Origin: a virus
Strand: one strand, 5' to 3'
DNA length: 64,000 nucleotides
Virus record (IMG/VR): IMGVR_UViG_3300027746_000697
Location: 1-64,000 of that record
The notes below the pieces were generated by a model. That model searched no databases. It was not told the DNA's origin and saw only the letters and a list, made by a program, of their open reading frames with translations. This document shows positions 28,070 to 37,324 of the stretch, one piece after another. How positions within the stretch are numbered: the stretch's first letter is position 1; every line of letters begins with the position of its first letter. Both the position numbers and the translations under genes were made by a program.

Positions 28070-28208
28070 TTTTTGCAGGCTTTTTCTCGTCTTTCTTGGC
28101 TTCTACTTTGGCTGGTGCTGAAGCAGGAGTTGCTGGTGCCTTAGCTGGTTCAGCGGCAAATACAGTTGCGGCAAATGCAGTTGCGATTACGGTTGCGATA
28201 GCTTTCAT
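28008..28208 (-). CDS. small secreted Ala/Lys/Pro-rich protein
   Basis: signal peptide ending VFA, then low-complexity sequence. Confidence 0.75.
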   Translation of the reverse strand: MKAIATVIATAFAATVFAAEPAKAPATPASAPAKVEAKKDEKKPAKSDGAKKDAPKADAKPAAPAK

Positions 28209-28352
28209 GATATTTCCTTTTTGGTTAAGTAGGAATTTCTACCCCTACATATATATAACGCCTTAGAGTCGCAGTTAGTTGACACGCTAGTCAAAAGAAA
28301 AGCACCCGAAGGTGCTAGTGAATGTTACGCTATTCTGGCGACGAAGCTATGC

Positions 28353-28619
28353 TTACTTCTTAGTGCCCGTGTTAACGAACCCATAGAACTTTTCAGCGGC
28401 TTCCATGATCTTGTCTAAGCCTGGAAACTCTGGCATATCCACTCGGGTAACAACTTGGCCAGTCTTTTCATCCTTGGCCACTGACATTTCCCAACCGCGG
28501 AACTTTGAGTGGTACTCTTCCATAACAGCATCTTTGGCCATGGCCAACACATCTGTACGGATCTCGTAACCGTTCTTGCTGAACTTGACTTCTGGTAGTT
28601 TTGGTGTAAAGTCTGACAT
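28353..28619 (-). CDS. hypothetical phage protein
   Basis: KNGYEIRTDVLAMAKD..AEKFYGFV. Confidence 0.75.
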   Translation of the reverse strand: MSDFTPKLPEVKFSKNGYEIRTDVLAMAKDAVMEEYHSKFRGWEMSVAKDEKTGQVVTRVDMPEFPGLDKIMEAAEKFYGFVNTGTKK

Positions 28620-28620
28620 A

Positions 28621-28836
28621 TTACGCACCTTTCTTAGAGTAAACCAACTCATTGAGATTCTTCATTGCTGTTTGAGCAAGTTCCAATGTGTTGTTATAAG
28701 TGGTTTTTGTGAAAGCGGCTTGTGCTTCGATCAGTTTAGTAACTTCAGCTTTGACTTTCTTGTCTGTAACGTAAGTCTCTACAAACTTGGTTTGAGCACC
28801 TTTAGCGGTGTCGATGATTGATTCAAATGTAAACAT
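28621..28836 (-). CDS. phasin-like amphipathic helical protein
   Basis: 71 aa, all-helical amphipathic pattern; AGGAGA SD. Confidence 0.45.
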   Translation of the reverse strand: MFTFESIIDTAKGAQTKFVETYVTDKKVKAEVTKLIEAQAAFTKTTYNNTLELAQTAMKNLNELVYSKKGA

Positions 28837-28920
28837 ATAATTCTCCTGTGTGTTAATGTTTGTGTGTTACAACAACTTCTGCTGTTGTATTATTATATAT
28901 GCCTTTCGTCTAAAAAGCAA

Positions 28921-29496
28921 CTAATTCTTGAACTTTTTTACTCTATCTTTAATGATCTTAATCACAGGTTCTGCCAGTACAACTTCATAGTGGTTATACT
29001 CGACTTCTACCAGTTCCATATCCGCATGATGCCGTTGACTGGCAATGGTTACCACACCATCGTTGGGCTCATGCATAAATGGGCTTTGCCCTTTCACAGT
29101 TACTATGTTGGTCCACGGATGCTGTATCTTGATACGTTTGGCCTGTTTCATAACCCATGAACTGGGTCCAATGTCACGCATCAGTCTGCTGAATGGCAAA
29201 AAGTATTGAGCATAGTCTGCTACTTCAGCGCCACCGTACGGAGTGCTTAATGTTACAGCACCCTTAATGACTTCTGGCATGGTGTTGGCCAAGTGTAATG
29301 CGTATATACCGCCTAGACTGTGTGCAACAAACACTAGATTTTTATAGTTCTGCAATGTGGACTGCATGTCTTTTAGGTTGTTTTCAAACCCATTGCGACT
29401 GTCGTAGTTGATGTCTAGCCCCGTGCCCAGTTTACTCTTGATATAGTTGAAGCTCTCGCTGGTGGCATTTGCTCCGTGAATGTACACTAAGTTCAT
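28921..29496 (-). CDS. alpha/beta hydrolase (lipase/esterase-like)
   Basis: YIHG, AHSLGG, STPYGG, NDGVV, NH. Confidence 0.85.
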   Translation of the reverse strand: MNLVYIHGANATSESFNYIKSKLGTGLDINYDSRNGFENNLKDMQSTLQNYKNLVFVAHSLGGIYALHLANTMPEVIKGAVTLSTPYGGAEVADYAQYFLPFSRLMRDIGPSSWVMKQAKRIKIQHPWTNIVTVKGQSPFMHEPNDGVVTIASQRHHADMELVEVEYNHYEVVLAEPVIKIIKDRVKKFKN

Positions 29497-29507
29497 GCCA
29501 ATATTTA

Positions 29508-29627
29508 TCAAGCGCCGTATACAGCTTTGGCTTCAGCAATTCTGCCCTGGCGAGCAAGACTTGCGGCACAACGTGCTTGGCCAAATGCTTCTAACCATGA
29601 CCAGATGGTGTTGATGATTGTTTTCAT
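29508..29627 (-). CDS. 39-aa peptide (not in ORF track)
   Basis: MKTIINTIWSWLEAFGQARCAASLARQGRIAEAKAVYGA; ATGA-coupled, AAGGA SD. Confidence 0.65.
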   Translation of the reverse strand: MKTIINTIWSWLEAFGQARCAASLARQGRIAEAKAVYGA

Positions 29628-29800
29628 AGATATCTTTCCTTTTGGGAGTTGAATTGTTGGATGTAGTTTTCCAACTGTGCGGCATCGGTAATGCCTTTGG
29701 TTGCTAGATAAGCATCTAGACTTGATTGATAACTGCTACCTGGAAACATCTCTGATAAGCGTTCCAGTATATTTTGCATCTTTTCTGATAGGTATTTCAT
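29624..29800 (-). CDS. DUF3563-like small protein
   Basis: LDAYLA....DAAQLE pattern. Confidence 0.5.
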   Translation of the reverse strand: MKYLSEKMQNILERLSEMFPGSSYQSSLDAYLATKGITDAAQLENYIQQFNSQKERYL

Positions 29801-29942
29801 TTTGCTTTCCTGTGTGTTTGTGTAGCTACTCATGGTTTCTACTGAGTATTTAGCAAGTATACATGGCACTGCAACATTTACCAAGTTAATTGATATTATT
29901 ATTCAAACCGTGTATACTATAAATACACTTGGAAGATCATAT

Positions 29943-30194
29943 ATGCGCAAAACAACAAGAAGTATTTTACAGGAATTGAGCGACTTAGGCATTAACCGAG
30001 ACACTGACTTGGTTATCGAAAGCCGCGGTTCCAACATCATCCAAAGTGCTGTGAACTTGTTGGAGCAGATCAGGGCCAATTACGATATCGAAACAGCCGC
30101 TGAACTGGAGCGCAGATTCATCAACAGCATTAGAACAGCTGATGCCAACAAATTCAAGCGTGGTATCAAGCGCATACAAGAGAGTAAAGAATGA
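29943..30194 (+). CDS. hypothetical late protein
   Basis: TATAAATA late promoter at ~29918. Confidence 0.75.
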   Translation: MRKTTRSILQELSDLGINRDTDLVIESRGSNIIQSAVNLLEQIRANYDIETAAELERRFINSIRTADANKFKRGIKRIQESKE

Positions 30195-31147
30195 GCAATC
30201 ATGCATTGAAAAATTTAGGCATTGGAACTTTTGAAGATTTGTACAAAACTCCGCCACCAAAGAAAATATTCACTCCAACCAACGGAGTTACCATCAATGC
30301 AAACCCAAAAGCATTTGCACAAGTTAAAGCATCCTTAGTGCCAATTTTAACAGCGTTGGGCGATGCAGGTCGTTGGACCACAGGCAGCAGTGGCTCATGG
30401 GATGAAGAGCATAGATTCCATGGCAAAGCCGGAAGCAAAGGCCCAAGCCCCAAACAAGTCAGTGGCGACATTGACGTGTTTTTGGACACGGATCGTATCA
30501 AAAAGAAACTGAAACTTGATCCCACCATGCCCGAAGAACAAGTGCGTGATGTGATATTTGACTACATCAAAGAACACTTTGAAGCAACTAAAATTACTCA
30601 TGTCCACGTGGCCTTTCCAGCTGGCATCAACAGCGTGGTAGATGACAAGGGTAGAAAGAATCCCACAGGTGAAGAACTGCCAGCATTTTATCAAGTGGAC
30701 TTGTTTTCCACAGAAGCAGGACACGAAGTAGCAAGACATCATGAGCATGATTACAGTGCAAAGGATTCTCCATACAAGGGTGTTGACCAACAAATGGCCA
30801 TGAGTAGCTTGGTGAATACTATTCCTGGATATCCAGATCGTACATGGCAGTATCATGGCTTTGGTGGCATGCTGAAACGTCGCGACGCAAACAACACAGC
30901 ATTATTGCCCAACGGTAAACCACAAGAACGCAACATAGACGAAATTGCCAAAATCATACTGGGCAATCCACAAGCCAGTCACGATGACTTGGGCAATGTG
31001 GAAAGCATGTTGGCCGCCTTGCCATCAGGCATTGATAATCCAAGATTAGCACAGTTCCGCGCTGACATGGCCAAGAAAGCAGTGCCTGCACTTAAAGAAG
31101 GTAGCGCAGACTGGTTCAAAGCCATGCGTCAAATTACTGGCATTTAA
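30191..31147 (+). CDS. Pol-beta-superfamily nucleotidyltransferase-like protein
   Basis: TGS...SGDIDV...QVDL. Confidence 0.6.
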   Translation: MSNHALKNLGIGTFEDLYKTPPPKKIFTPTNGVTINANPKAFAQVKASLVPILTALGDAGRWTTGSSGSWDEEHRFHGKAGSKGPSPKQVSGDIDVFLDTDRIKKKLKLDPTMPEEQVRDVIFDYIKEHFEATKITHVHVAFPAGINSVVDDKGRKNPTGEELPAFYQVDLFSTEAGHEVARHHEHDYSAKDSPYKGVDQQMAMSSLVNTIPGYPDRTWQYHGFGGMLKRRDANNTALLPNGKPQERNIDEIAKIILGNPQASHDDLGNVESMLAALPSGIDNPRLAQFRADMAKKAVPALKEGSADWFKAMRQITGI

Positions 31148-31229
31148 GCTGGGTTTTTACCAAAATAGGTAAATAAATATACAAAGAACACAGAGGGTGT
31201 TCTAAAAAGCATATAGAGGAGAATATATT

Positions 31230-31643
31230 ATGCCTTCAGTAGATACAACAACATCGGCCAATTGGCTAAAAACATCAGAAACCACACAGTTTGGTACTCG
31301 TGAACTAACAGTAATTAAAGTATTAGTAACAGGCGGATCAAACGACATGCGTTATCAAGACGGTGCTACAAGCTCATTGTCTTACACACTATCAGGAAGT
31401 TTGTACAGCAAAGCAGTTCGTACATTACAAAACTTTGCAGAAGTTTATGCAGTATACGCACCAGTAGCTACAGGCTTTATCGCTGTTATTGCCGCAGATA
31501 CAGTTGACGGTTCAGAAGTTGCTACGCCTAATACACAAGCCGCAACATTTGGAAAAATGGAAGCCGCAATCAATGCCGCTTTAAATGCAAGTGCCGCAAC
31601 TACAGTTTCAGTTCCGACAATTGCAATCGGTACAACACTGTAA
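31230..31643 (+). CDS. putative virion structural protein
   Basis: late motif, GAGGAG SD, A/T-rich protein, downstream terminator. Confidence 0.65.
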   Translation: MPSVDTTTSANWLKTSETTQFGTRELTVIKVLVTGGSNDMRYQDGATSSLSYTLSGSLYSKAVRTLQNFAEVYAVYAPVATGFIAVIAADTVDGSEVATPNTQAATFGKMEAAINAALNASAATTVSVPTIAIGTTL

Positions 31644-31673
31644 TTAGTTTTATTTCTCAGGGATGGGAAGACT

Positions 31674-31700
31674 AAGCCTACTTTTATAGTAGGCTTTTTT
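31674..31700 (+). terminator. intrinsic terminator
   Basis: AAGCCTACT-N5-AGTAGGCTT plus T run. Confidence 0.75.
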
Positions 31701-31719
31701 ACCTCTGTTAAATACTACC

Positions 31720-32121
31720 ATGGAATATAAACTATACACATTGGTAGACATAACCAGCACTGGACAATATCGTCATGAAGCTGGCAAAGAAGCACTGCGT
31801 TGGAAAGAACAAAATTTTAGTTCTGTTGTGCAAACACTTGGCATGAGGGCCAACATCTCATACGTGCAAAAGCCCATAGCGACTAGTGTCAAGGGAACAG
31901 TGATAGGACTTGACATAGAAGACGTTGTCAAAGTATGGCGCTTTGATTTTAGTACAGAGCGTGATTTTTTATATCAAAAAGATGATGATTCAGTTGGCTA
32001 TCTCAAAGACGATTTCAACGGAGTGCCCTACATATCTGGTCTTGACGAACTTATGGAGCAGAGGTTTGCTGTGTTTGTCACAGAAGGGAAAAATCGAAAC
32101 ATTGTTTTTCATCAAAAGTAA
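31720..32121 (+). CDS. hypothetical phage protein
   Basis: YTLVDIT..EQNF..QTLGMRAN. Confidence 0.75.
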   Translation: MEYKLYTLVDITSTGQYRHEAGKEALRWKEQNFSSVVQTLGMRANISYVQKPIATSVKGTVIGLDIEDVVKVWRFDFSTERDFLYQKDDDSVGYLKDDFNGVPYISGLDELMEQRFAVFVTEGKNRNIVFHQK

Positions 32122-32221
32122 TAAATACTGTTAGTAAAATCAATACACTAATAGGCTCACTGACAGGCAATTAATCATACACTGGGAACAAGCCCGGACA
32201 CATTAATTCATAACCTCAAGG

Positions 32222-32668
32222 ATGAGCCCAATAATGGCTGTTAAAGAAACTGCACGATCAATACAAGCACAAATGTCCACGTTGCCAGAGCGTGTGGCAG
32301 TAGTTGAAACTAAAGTAGATGCCATGATTGTCTGTATTGAGTCTATCAAAGACTCTCAAAAAGACATTCGAGCCGATGTAAAAGACATGCACGACTGTTT
32401 GGACAACACCCGTGAAATGCTGGCAGACAAGCTGGAAAAAATGCAGGAAGAATATCGTGCCAACAGTAGTAAGTTTTTTGAACACGCTGAAAAGCTACAT
32501 GCAGAAGATATAGCTACAGATGAGAAGTTAGCTGGTAAAATAGCCGAATTAGAAAAAGTCAAAAGCAAATTTACAATGTATGCCATGGCCGCACTGGCAT
32601 TTGCCGCTGGCACAGGTTGGCTCAACTCAGTTCAGTTCCCACACTTATTAAAGTTTCTTGGCTTGTGA
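32222..32668 (+). CDS. coiled-coil protein with C-terminal membrane helix
   Basis: heptad pattern followed by a hydrophobic C-terminus. Confidence 0.7.
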   Translation: MSPIMAVKETARSIQAQMSTLPERVAVVETKVDAMIVCIESIKDSQKDIRADVKDMHDCLDNTREMLADKLEKMQEEYRANSSKFFEHAEKLHAEDIATDEKLAGKIAELEKVKSKFTMYAMAALAFAAGTGWLNSVQFPHLLKFLGL

Positions 32669-32687
32669 TTCTGTTAAATACAGTACC

Positions 32688-33395
32688 ATGTATGCTAACG
32701 AAACTCACTCAGACCTTGCACCCACTCACAATCAGCTGAATCCCAGCCTGTGGGACGGCACTGAACTCAAACTGGAAATTCGTTATAAACTGCTACAAAT
32801 TGCCAAGCACTTTATAGACTACATCAATATACCCAATTTAGATCTTACTGACATTACTATCAGCGGCAGTAATGCTAGTTTTGGTTATAGTAAGCACAGC
32901 GACATAGATCTACACTTGATAGCCAACATGCCCAAGGATCACTCAGATCTCAAAGAGCTATTCAATGCTAAGAAGAATCAATACAACAGTACATACCGCA
33001 TCACACTCAAAGATATACCTGTAGAAGTATATGTACAAGATGCCGCAGAGCCGCATCACAGTGCAGGCATTTTCAGTGTGTTGGACAGCAAGTGGTTAAG
33101 CGAGCCCAAAGAGCTAACACCCAATGTAGACCCAAAAGAGATTAAAAAGAAAGCCCGCAACTACTCTGGAAAGATAAACCAATCATTACGATCAAACGAC
33201 TTAAATACTGCAAAGGAAACAATGGATCATATCTATCGTTTACGCAAAGCTGGCTTGGAAGCTGGCGGCGAATACAGCATTGAGAATTTGGCATTTAAGC
33301 TATTGCGTTCCAGGGGACAAATAGACAAACTGCGCAAGCGCATTGATCACTTACAAAGCAAACAACTAAGCCTCGGGGAACAAGATGAAGATTAA
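32688..33395 (+). CDS. Pol-beta-superfamily nucleotidyltransferase
   Basis: ISGSNAS..YS..SDIDLH, PVEVYVQD, ENLAFKLLR. Confidence 0.75.
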   Translation: MYANETHSDLAPTHNQLNPSLWDGTELKLEIRYKLLQIAKHFIDYINIPNLDLTDITISGSNASFGYSKHSDIDLHLIANMPKDHSDLKELFNAKKNQYNSTYRITLKDIPVEVYVQDAAEPHHSAGIFSVLDSKWLSEPKELTPNVDPKEIKKKARNYSGKINQSLRSNDLNTAKETMDHIYRLRKAGLEAGGEYSIENLAFKLLRSRGQIDKLRKRIDHLQSKQLSLGEQDED

Positions 33396-34197
33396 AGATA
33401 TTCTAGAACATAAAAAAGGTCACAGAGCCAAGCTCTATACTAAAAAGCCACAACAACAAACCACTAAACCAGGTATGCCTCAAGTGGATGTCAATGAAGA
33501 TGGCGAGGCGTACAAAGTTATGCAAAACGATCCAACCAAAGGATTGACTTTGGCCAAGCCCGATGGCACACAACTTATTCTTCCTCCGGAGAAGATGGCT
33601 TCAGTAATGGCTGACCCAACTGACCCAAACAAATTCACTATGAATCCAGATGCAGTTGCGGACACACAGACTGATCCTAACAAACCAATGGGTCCTGAAG
33701 TGGGCAAAGAGGTTGAAATTGCGGCCGCAGAAGATATCGGCGCTCACGACGACATGGGAGATGACTTTATCAAAGACGTCAGTGTGAAACCACATGTAAG
33801 TGGTAGTTACAATTACGAAAACCAAGACGACAGTTTCAGTATGACTCCTGAAGAGTTCATGACTGGGCTTGCACAAACAGCACGTGAGAACGATACAGAT
33901 CTAAGCCCAAATGACATGGAGTCCGCAAAGAAGTTTATAGTTCCTGATGGTCAAGGCAATGTTGACTTAGTGTTAACTATGCAAAAAATGTCCAAGGCGT
34001 TTGACAATCCAGAATTTTTAAAGATGATTGACGACTTAAAAGCAATGGTAGGCGATGCACCTGATGTGCCTACAAGTCAACAGCCATCAGATAGACCCAC
34101 TTCAATCAAACCAGTAACACCAAGTGCAGACACAGCATCTAGACAAGCTGATGACGAGTTGTTAGAAAAAATGAGAACCATCGCAGGATTGAGATAA
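33385..34197 (+). CDS. acidic head-associated protein (putative)
   Basis: MKIKDILE leader; C-terminal LEKMRTIAGLR. Confidence 0.6.
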   Translation: MKIKDILEHKKGHRAKLYTKKPQQQTTKPGMPQVDVNEDGEAYKVMQNDPTKGLTLAKPDGTQLILPPEKMASVMADPTDPNKFTMNPDAVADTQTDPNKPMGPEVGKEVEIAAAEDIGAHDDMGDDFIKDVSVKPHVSGSYNYENQDDSFSMTPEEFMTGLAQTARENDTDLSPNDMESAKKFIVPDGQGNVDLVLTMQKMSKAFDNPEFLKMIDDLKAMVGDAPDVPTSQQPSDRPTSIKPVTPSADTASRQADDELLEKMRTIAGLR

Positions 34198-34460
34198 TGA
34201 AAATCAACGAAATACTTAAAGAAAACGATCCAACCGCACAAATAGCGGCAGATGCCCAGGCTATGGGACAAGCATTCAAATCCGGACAAATGGCTCCTAA
34301 ACAATTTGCTCCTGGTGAGATTAGTCTTTCACAGATATTTTCTCATCCTAAGTTTCGAGAAACTGTTGGACAGATGCATAAAAAATATCCTAATAATCAA
34401 GATCAAGCACAAAGAGCCGCGGAAGAAGTTATTAAAGGTTTAATTAGGCAAGGGCAGTAA
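34197..34460 (+). CDS. small protein with MKINEILKE leader
   Basis: coupled ORF. Confidence 0.7.
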   Translation: MKINEILKENDPTAQIAADAQAMGQAFKSGQMAPKQFAPGEISLSQIFSHPKFRETVGQMHKKYPNNQDQAQRAAEEVIKGLIRQGQ

Positions 34461-34714
34461 TGAAAATTAGTGAACTTTTAGACGGTTACGAACATAGTCC
34501 AAAGAACGAAAAGATATACAGCCTGCTTGACGGTTTTGATATATGGACTACTAACGAAGAGGCCAAACTATTAGCCCGTCTAAAAGAACCTGTTAAACTT
34601 AGCCAGCTGAGCGAGCAGGATCAATTCAAAGTTCAGGTCATGATACGCAAGAGTTTGATAACTAAAATAGGAATGAACGATCCTAGTGTAGTTGCAAATG
34701 AAAAAATCACATAA
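34460..34714 (+). CDS. small protein with MKISEL leader
   Basis: coupled ORF. Confidence 0.7.
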   Translation: MKISELLDGYEHSPKNEKIYSLLDGFDIWTTNEEAKLLARLKEPVKLSQLSEQDQFKVQVMIRKSLITKIGMNDPSVVANEKIT

Positions 34715-35153
34715 ACCTAAACCTAAATTTATTAAAGAACTCGTCGAACATTTTGATGTTGATCTTAACAAATCTCTGCCTATAAGCATACAGCCCAACG
34801 GCGATATTGTTTACAAAGATTACGTAATTAAATTAAACAAATTTAAGAACTGGGCTTTGCACTACAAATCCGGCCCAATTATAGAGCAGTTTTATCTTAA
34901 AACTTGTGCTCTTATGGCCGCAAGAGCATACCATCGGTTGGACCTTAACAAATTCAACAGTATCAAGCAATTAGACAGACACTATTGGTCGCACTATTGT
35001 GACACACTGGTGTTTAAAAACAACATTGCCAACAAAGCCATAGACTACGATAGATATTTGATACTGTTAAATAAGTTAGAATACAGCCAAGATAAGTCAG
35101 ATTTTTACAAAAATCAAATATCGCAGTCTTTTAAATGGACTTTCGCCAGCTGA
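34698..35153 (+). CDS. hypothetical protein
   Basis: ORF in late operon. Confidence 0.7.
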   Translation: MKKSHKPKPKFIKELVEHFDVDLNKSLPISIQPNGDIVYKDYVIKLNKFKNWALHYKSGPIIEQFYLKTCALMAARAYHRLDLNKFNSIKQLDRHYWSHYCDTLVFKNNIANKAIDYDRYLILLNKLEYSQDKSDFYKNQISQSFKWTFAS

Positions 35154-35192
35154 AAAGTATAAATACACAATAAGATATCTTAGGACGCCATC

Positions 35193-36191
35193 ATGCAAAT
35201 TAGAGAATTATCAAAACCTGTTACAAGCTCAAGACTTAACGAAAGTTTGGCTAAAAACTTTGGATACAAATTGAAACTGGAACAGTTCAACGATATTCAA
35301 CTTTCAGACGTGCAAAACAAACTACGCACTGAAATGAGCCAACTTGAAATGAATGAAAGTTTTGACTCGTTGAGTGGTAGCCCAGCTTACCAAAAGACTC
35401 GTGCTTTGCTTGACGTTATCAATCAAGAAATCATGGAGCGTGAAGAAGGCAAATGCGGCGATTGCCATAAGAGTCCATGTGCATGTGATATTGATGAATC
35501 TCAAGACGAAGAAACAACAATGAAAAAACAAAAGAAAAATGAAAGTGTTAACCAATACAGAGCAAATGCAATTGGTCAAAGAGCCCGTGGCTTTTCAGTA
35601 CCACAAAGTTGGATCAATGGCGCAATCAATAGAATCCATTTAGGTGAAAGTGACAATGCTGAACTCAAAGCAGAACTATCTATTCGTTACGACTTAACAG
35701 AATCACAAGCAAGTTATATTCTTGCTGAAGGCGAGGAAGACAAGGCCGAAATCATCATGGCTACAAAAGACATGGTAGACCGTATCACAGGCTGGCTAGA
35801 AGATGTAGCCGCAATGAAAGCAGAACAACTGCTTGAACTAATGGACTCTATAAGAGAAACCCAAGGAAGTGATGTTGCACAACAATATCAAGATGCAGTC
35901 AAACCTGCATTAGAGGCAATTTACACAGCATTAGAAACTTCAAGAACCGGTCTATCAACAGGCTTATCATTAGTGTCAGGCGGAGAAGCTCCAACCATGG
36001 GCGCACCGGCAGCACCAGCAGGTGGTTTACCATCCATGGGTGGTGATGCAATGGCAGGCATGGCCGCTGACATGTCAGGCGCCGCACCAGCAGAAGCAAC
36101 TCCTCCAGCACCAGAAGTAGGCAGAGAAAAAAGAGAAAGCATTGACTACAGCCGTAAGTTAGGCATGTTGTTGGCTTCAAAAAAAAAATAA
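35193..36191 (+). CDS. prohead core/scaffold-like protein (putative)
   Basis: TATAAATA promoter; helical and acidic, with many (I/L/M)xE(S) sites; Pro/Ala tail. Confidence 0.5.
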   Translation: MQIRELSKPVTSSRLNESLAKNFGYKLKLEQFNDIQLSDVQNKLRTEMSQLEMNESFDSLSGSPAYQKTRALLDVINQEIMEREEGKCGDCHKSPCACDIDESQDEETTMKKQKKNESVNQYRANAIGQRARGFSVPQSWINGAINRIHLGESDNAELKAELSIRYDLTESQASYILAEGEEDKAEIIMATKDMVDRITGWLEDVAAMKAEQLLELMDSIRETQGSDVAQQYQDAVKPALEAIYTALETSRTGLSTGLSLVSGGEAPTMGAPAAPAGGLPSMGGDAMAGMAADMSGAAPAEATPPAPEVGREKRESIDYSRKLGMLLASKKK

Positions 36192-36208
36192 TTGAGAACA
36201 TAGAACCC

Positions 36209-36541
36209 TTGGAGCGTATCCTTTGGGTTCTTCAATCAGACGCAAACAATCAAGGCCCCAACGGTATTGAAGGCAATCTTCGATGGGACACTATAAACAC
36301 TGAACTGGCCAACAGAGACATGCCCACATTAGGCGACAATGATGCAGAAGCATATGATGCGTTCAGTGCTCGCTGGGATGATCCGCAAGAAGGCCCGCTA
36401 CTAAAAAAATTCATAGATAGATTTGATGGCCAAGGCGTTGTATTAAAAACCAATAATCAAGAAGACAGACAGCAACAAGGCGGCGAACCAACCGGCGAAG
36501 TTGAAAAAATGGCTAAACGTGCAACCAAATTAGGCAAATAA
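36209..36541 (+). CDS. hypothetical protein, possibly a -1 frameshift extension of 35193..36191
   Basis: TTG start without SD; frame open from the A10 run. Confidence 0.6.
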   Translation: MERILWVLQSDANNQGPNGIEGNLRWDTINTELANRDMPTLGDNDAEAYDAFSARWDDPQEGPLLKKFIDRFDGQGVVLKTNNQEDRQQQGGEPTGEVEKMAKRATKLGK

Positions 36542-36544
36542 ACA

Positions 36545-36573
36545 TTGACACCCAGGGTTGTATAACGTATAAT
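36545..36573 (+). promoter_or_regulatory. consensus sigma70 promoter
   Basis: TTGACA-17-TATAAT; ATG 8 nt downstream suggests leaderless mRNA. Confidence 0.85.
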
Positions 36574-36580
36574 ACGCTAT

Positions 36581-37297
36581 ATGACTCTATTAACTGAAAG
36601 ATATGACTACACTCCCTTAAACAGAGAAAGTGTAGAAGGCAAGCGTTTATACGCAACACCAGACGGTGGCAAACTGCCCAGCGTTACCACAATCCTAGAC
36701 AAAACTAAACCAGCAGAAAAAGTTGCGGCCTTACAAGCATGGCGCAGAGCTGTGGGTGAAAAGAAAGCCACTGAGATTGTTACTGAAGCCGCAAGCCGTG
36801 GCACACGTATGCACAAATACTTGGAAGACTACATTGTGCAAGGCACACTTAATGATCCAGGCTCAAACCCATACAGTGTGCAAAGCCATAAGATGGCTCA
36901 ACACATCATCGAGCACGGACTCAAAAACGTCAACGAAGTATGGGGTGTTGAAGTTGGCCTATACTACCCTGGTTTATATGCGGGAACTACTGATTGTGTG
37001 GGACTTCACTTGGGTGAAGGTGCTATCATGGATCATAAGCAATCCAACAAGCCAAAAAAAGACGAGTGGATTGAAGACTACTATTTACAAATGGTTGCTT
37101 ACGCTCTAGCACACAACAAAGTACACGGCACTAACATACAAAAAGGTGTAGTGTTTATGTGCGTTAAACCGCCCGAAATCAAGCCTATGACCTGGGGAGA
37201 ACCAGCATACCAGGAGTTTATCTTAACACCGGATAAATTTGGGCATTGGGAAAAACAATGGTGGAATAGGGTTGAGCAGTACTATAACCAGAACTGA
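36581..37297 (+). CDS. PD-(D/E)XK exonuclease (phage exonuclease/Cas4-like)
   Basis: LPSVTTIL, RGT.MH, AGTTD, MDHK, Q..AY. Confidence 0.85.
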   Translation: MTLLTERYDYTPLNRESVEGKRLYATPDGGKLPSVTTILDKTKPAEKVAALQAWRRAVGEKKATEIVTEAASRGTRMHKYLEDYIVQGTLNDPGSNPYSVQSHKMAQHIIEHGLKNVNEVWGVEVGLYYPGLYAGTTDCVGLHLGEGAIMDHKQSNKPKKDEWIEDYYLQMVAYALAHNKVHGTNIQKGVVFMCVKPPEIKPMTWGEPAYQEFILTPDKFGHWEKQWWNRVEQYYNQN

Positions 37298-37324
37298 TAA
37301 ATATTCTATATAGAGGATATTCTC

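Noticed and set aside
27830-28208. Third -1 frameshift joining 28008..28208 to 27830..28069
   Set aside because: The downstream ORF is in the +1 frame and there is no canonical slippery heptamer; its start remains unresolved.
36581-37297. CRISPR-associated Cas4
   Set aside because: It lacks the Cas4 Fe-S cysteine set and any cas context; it is better explained as a common phage exonuclease.
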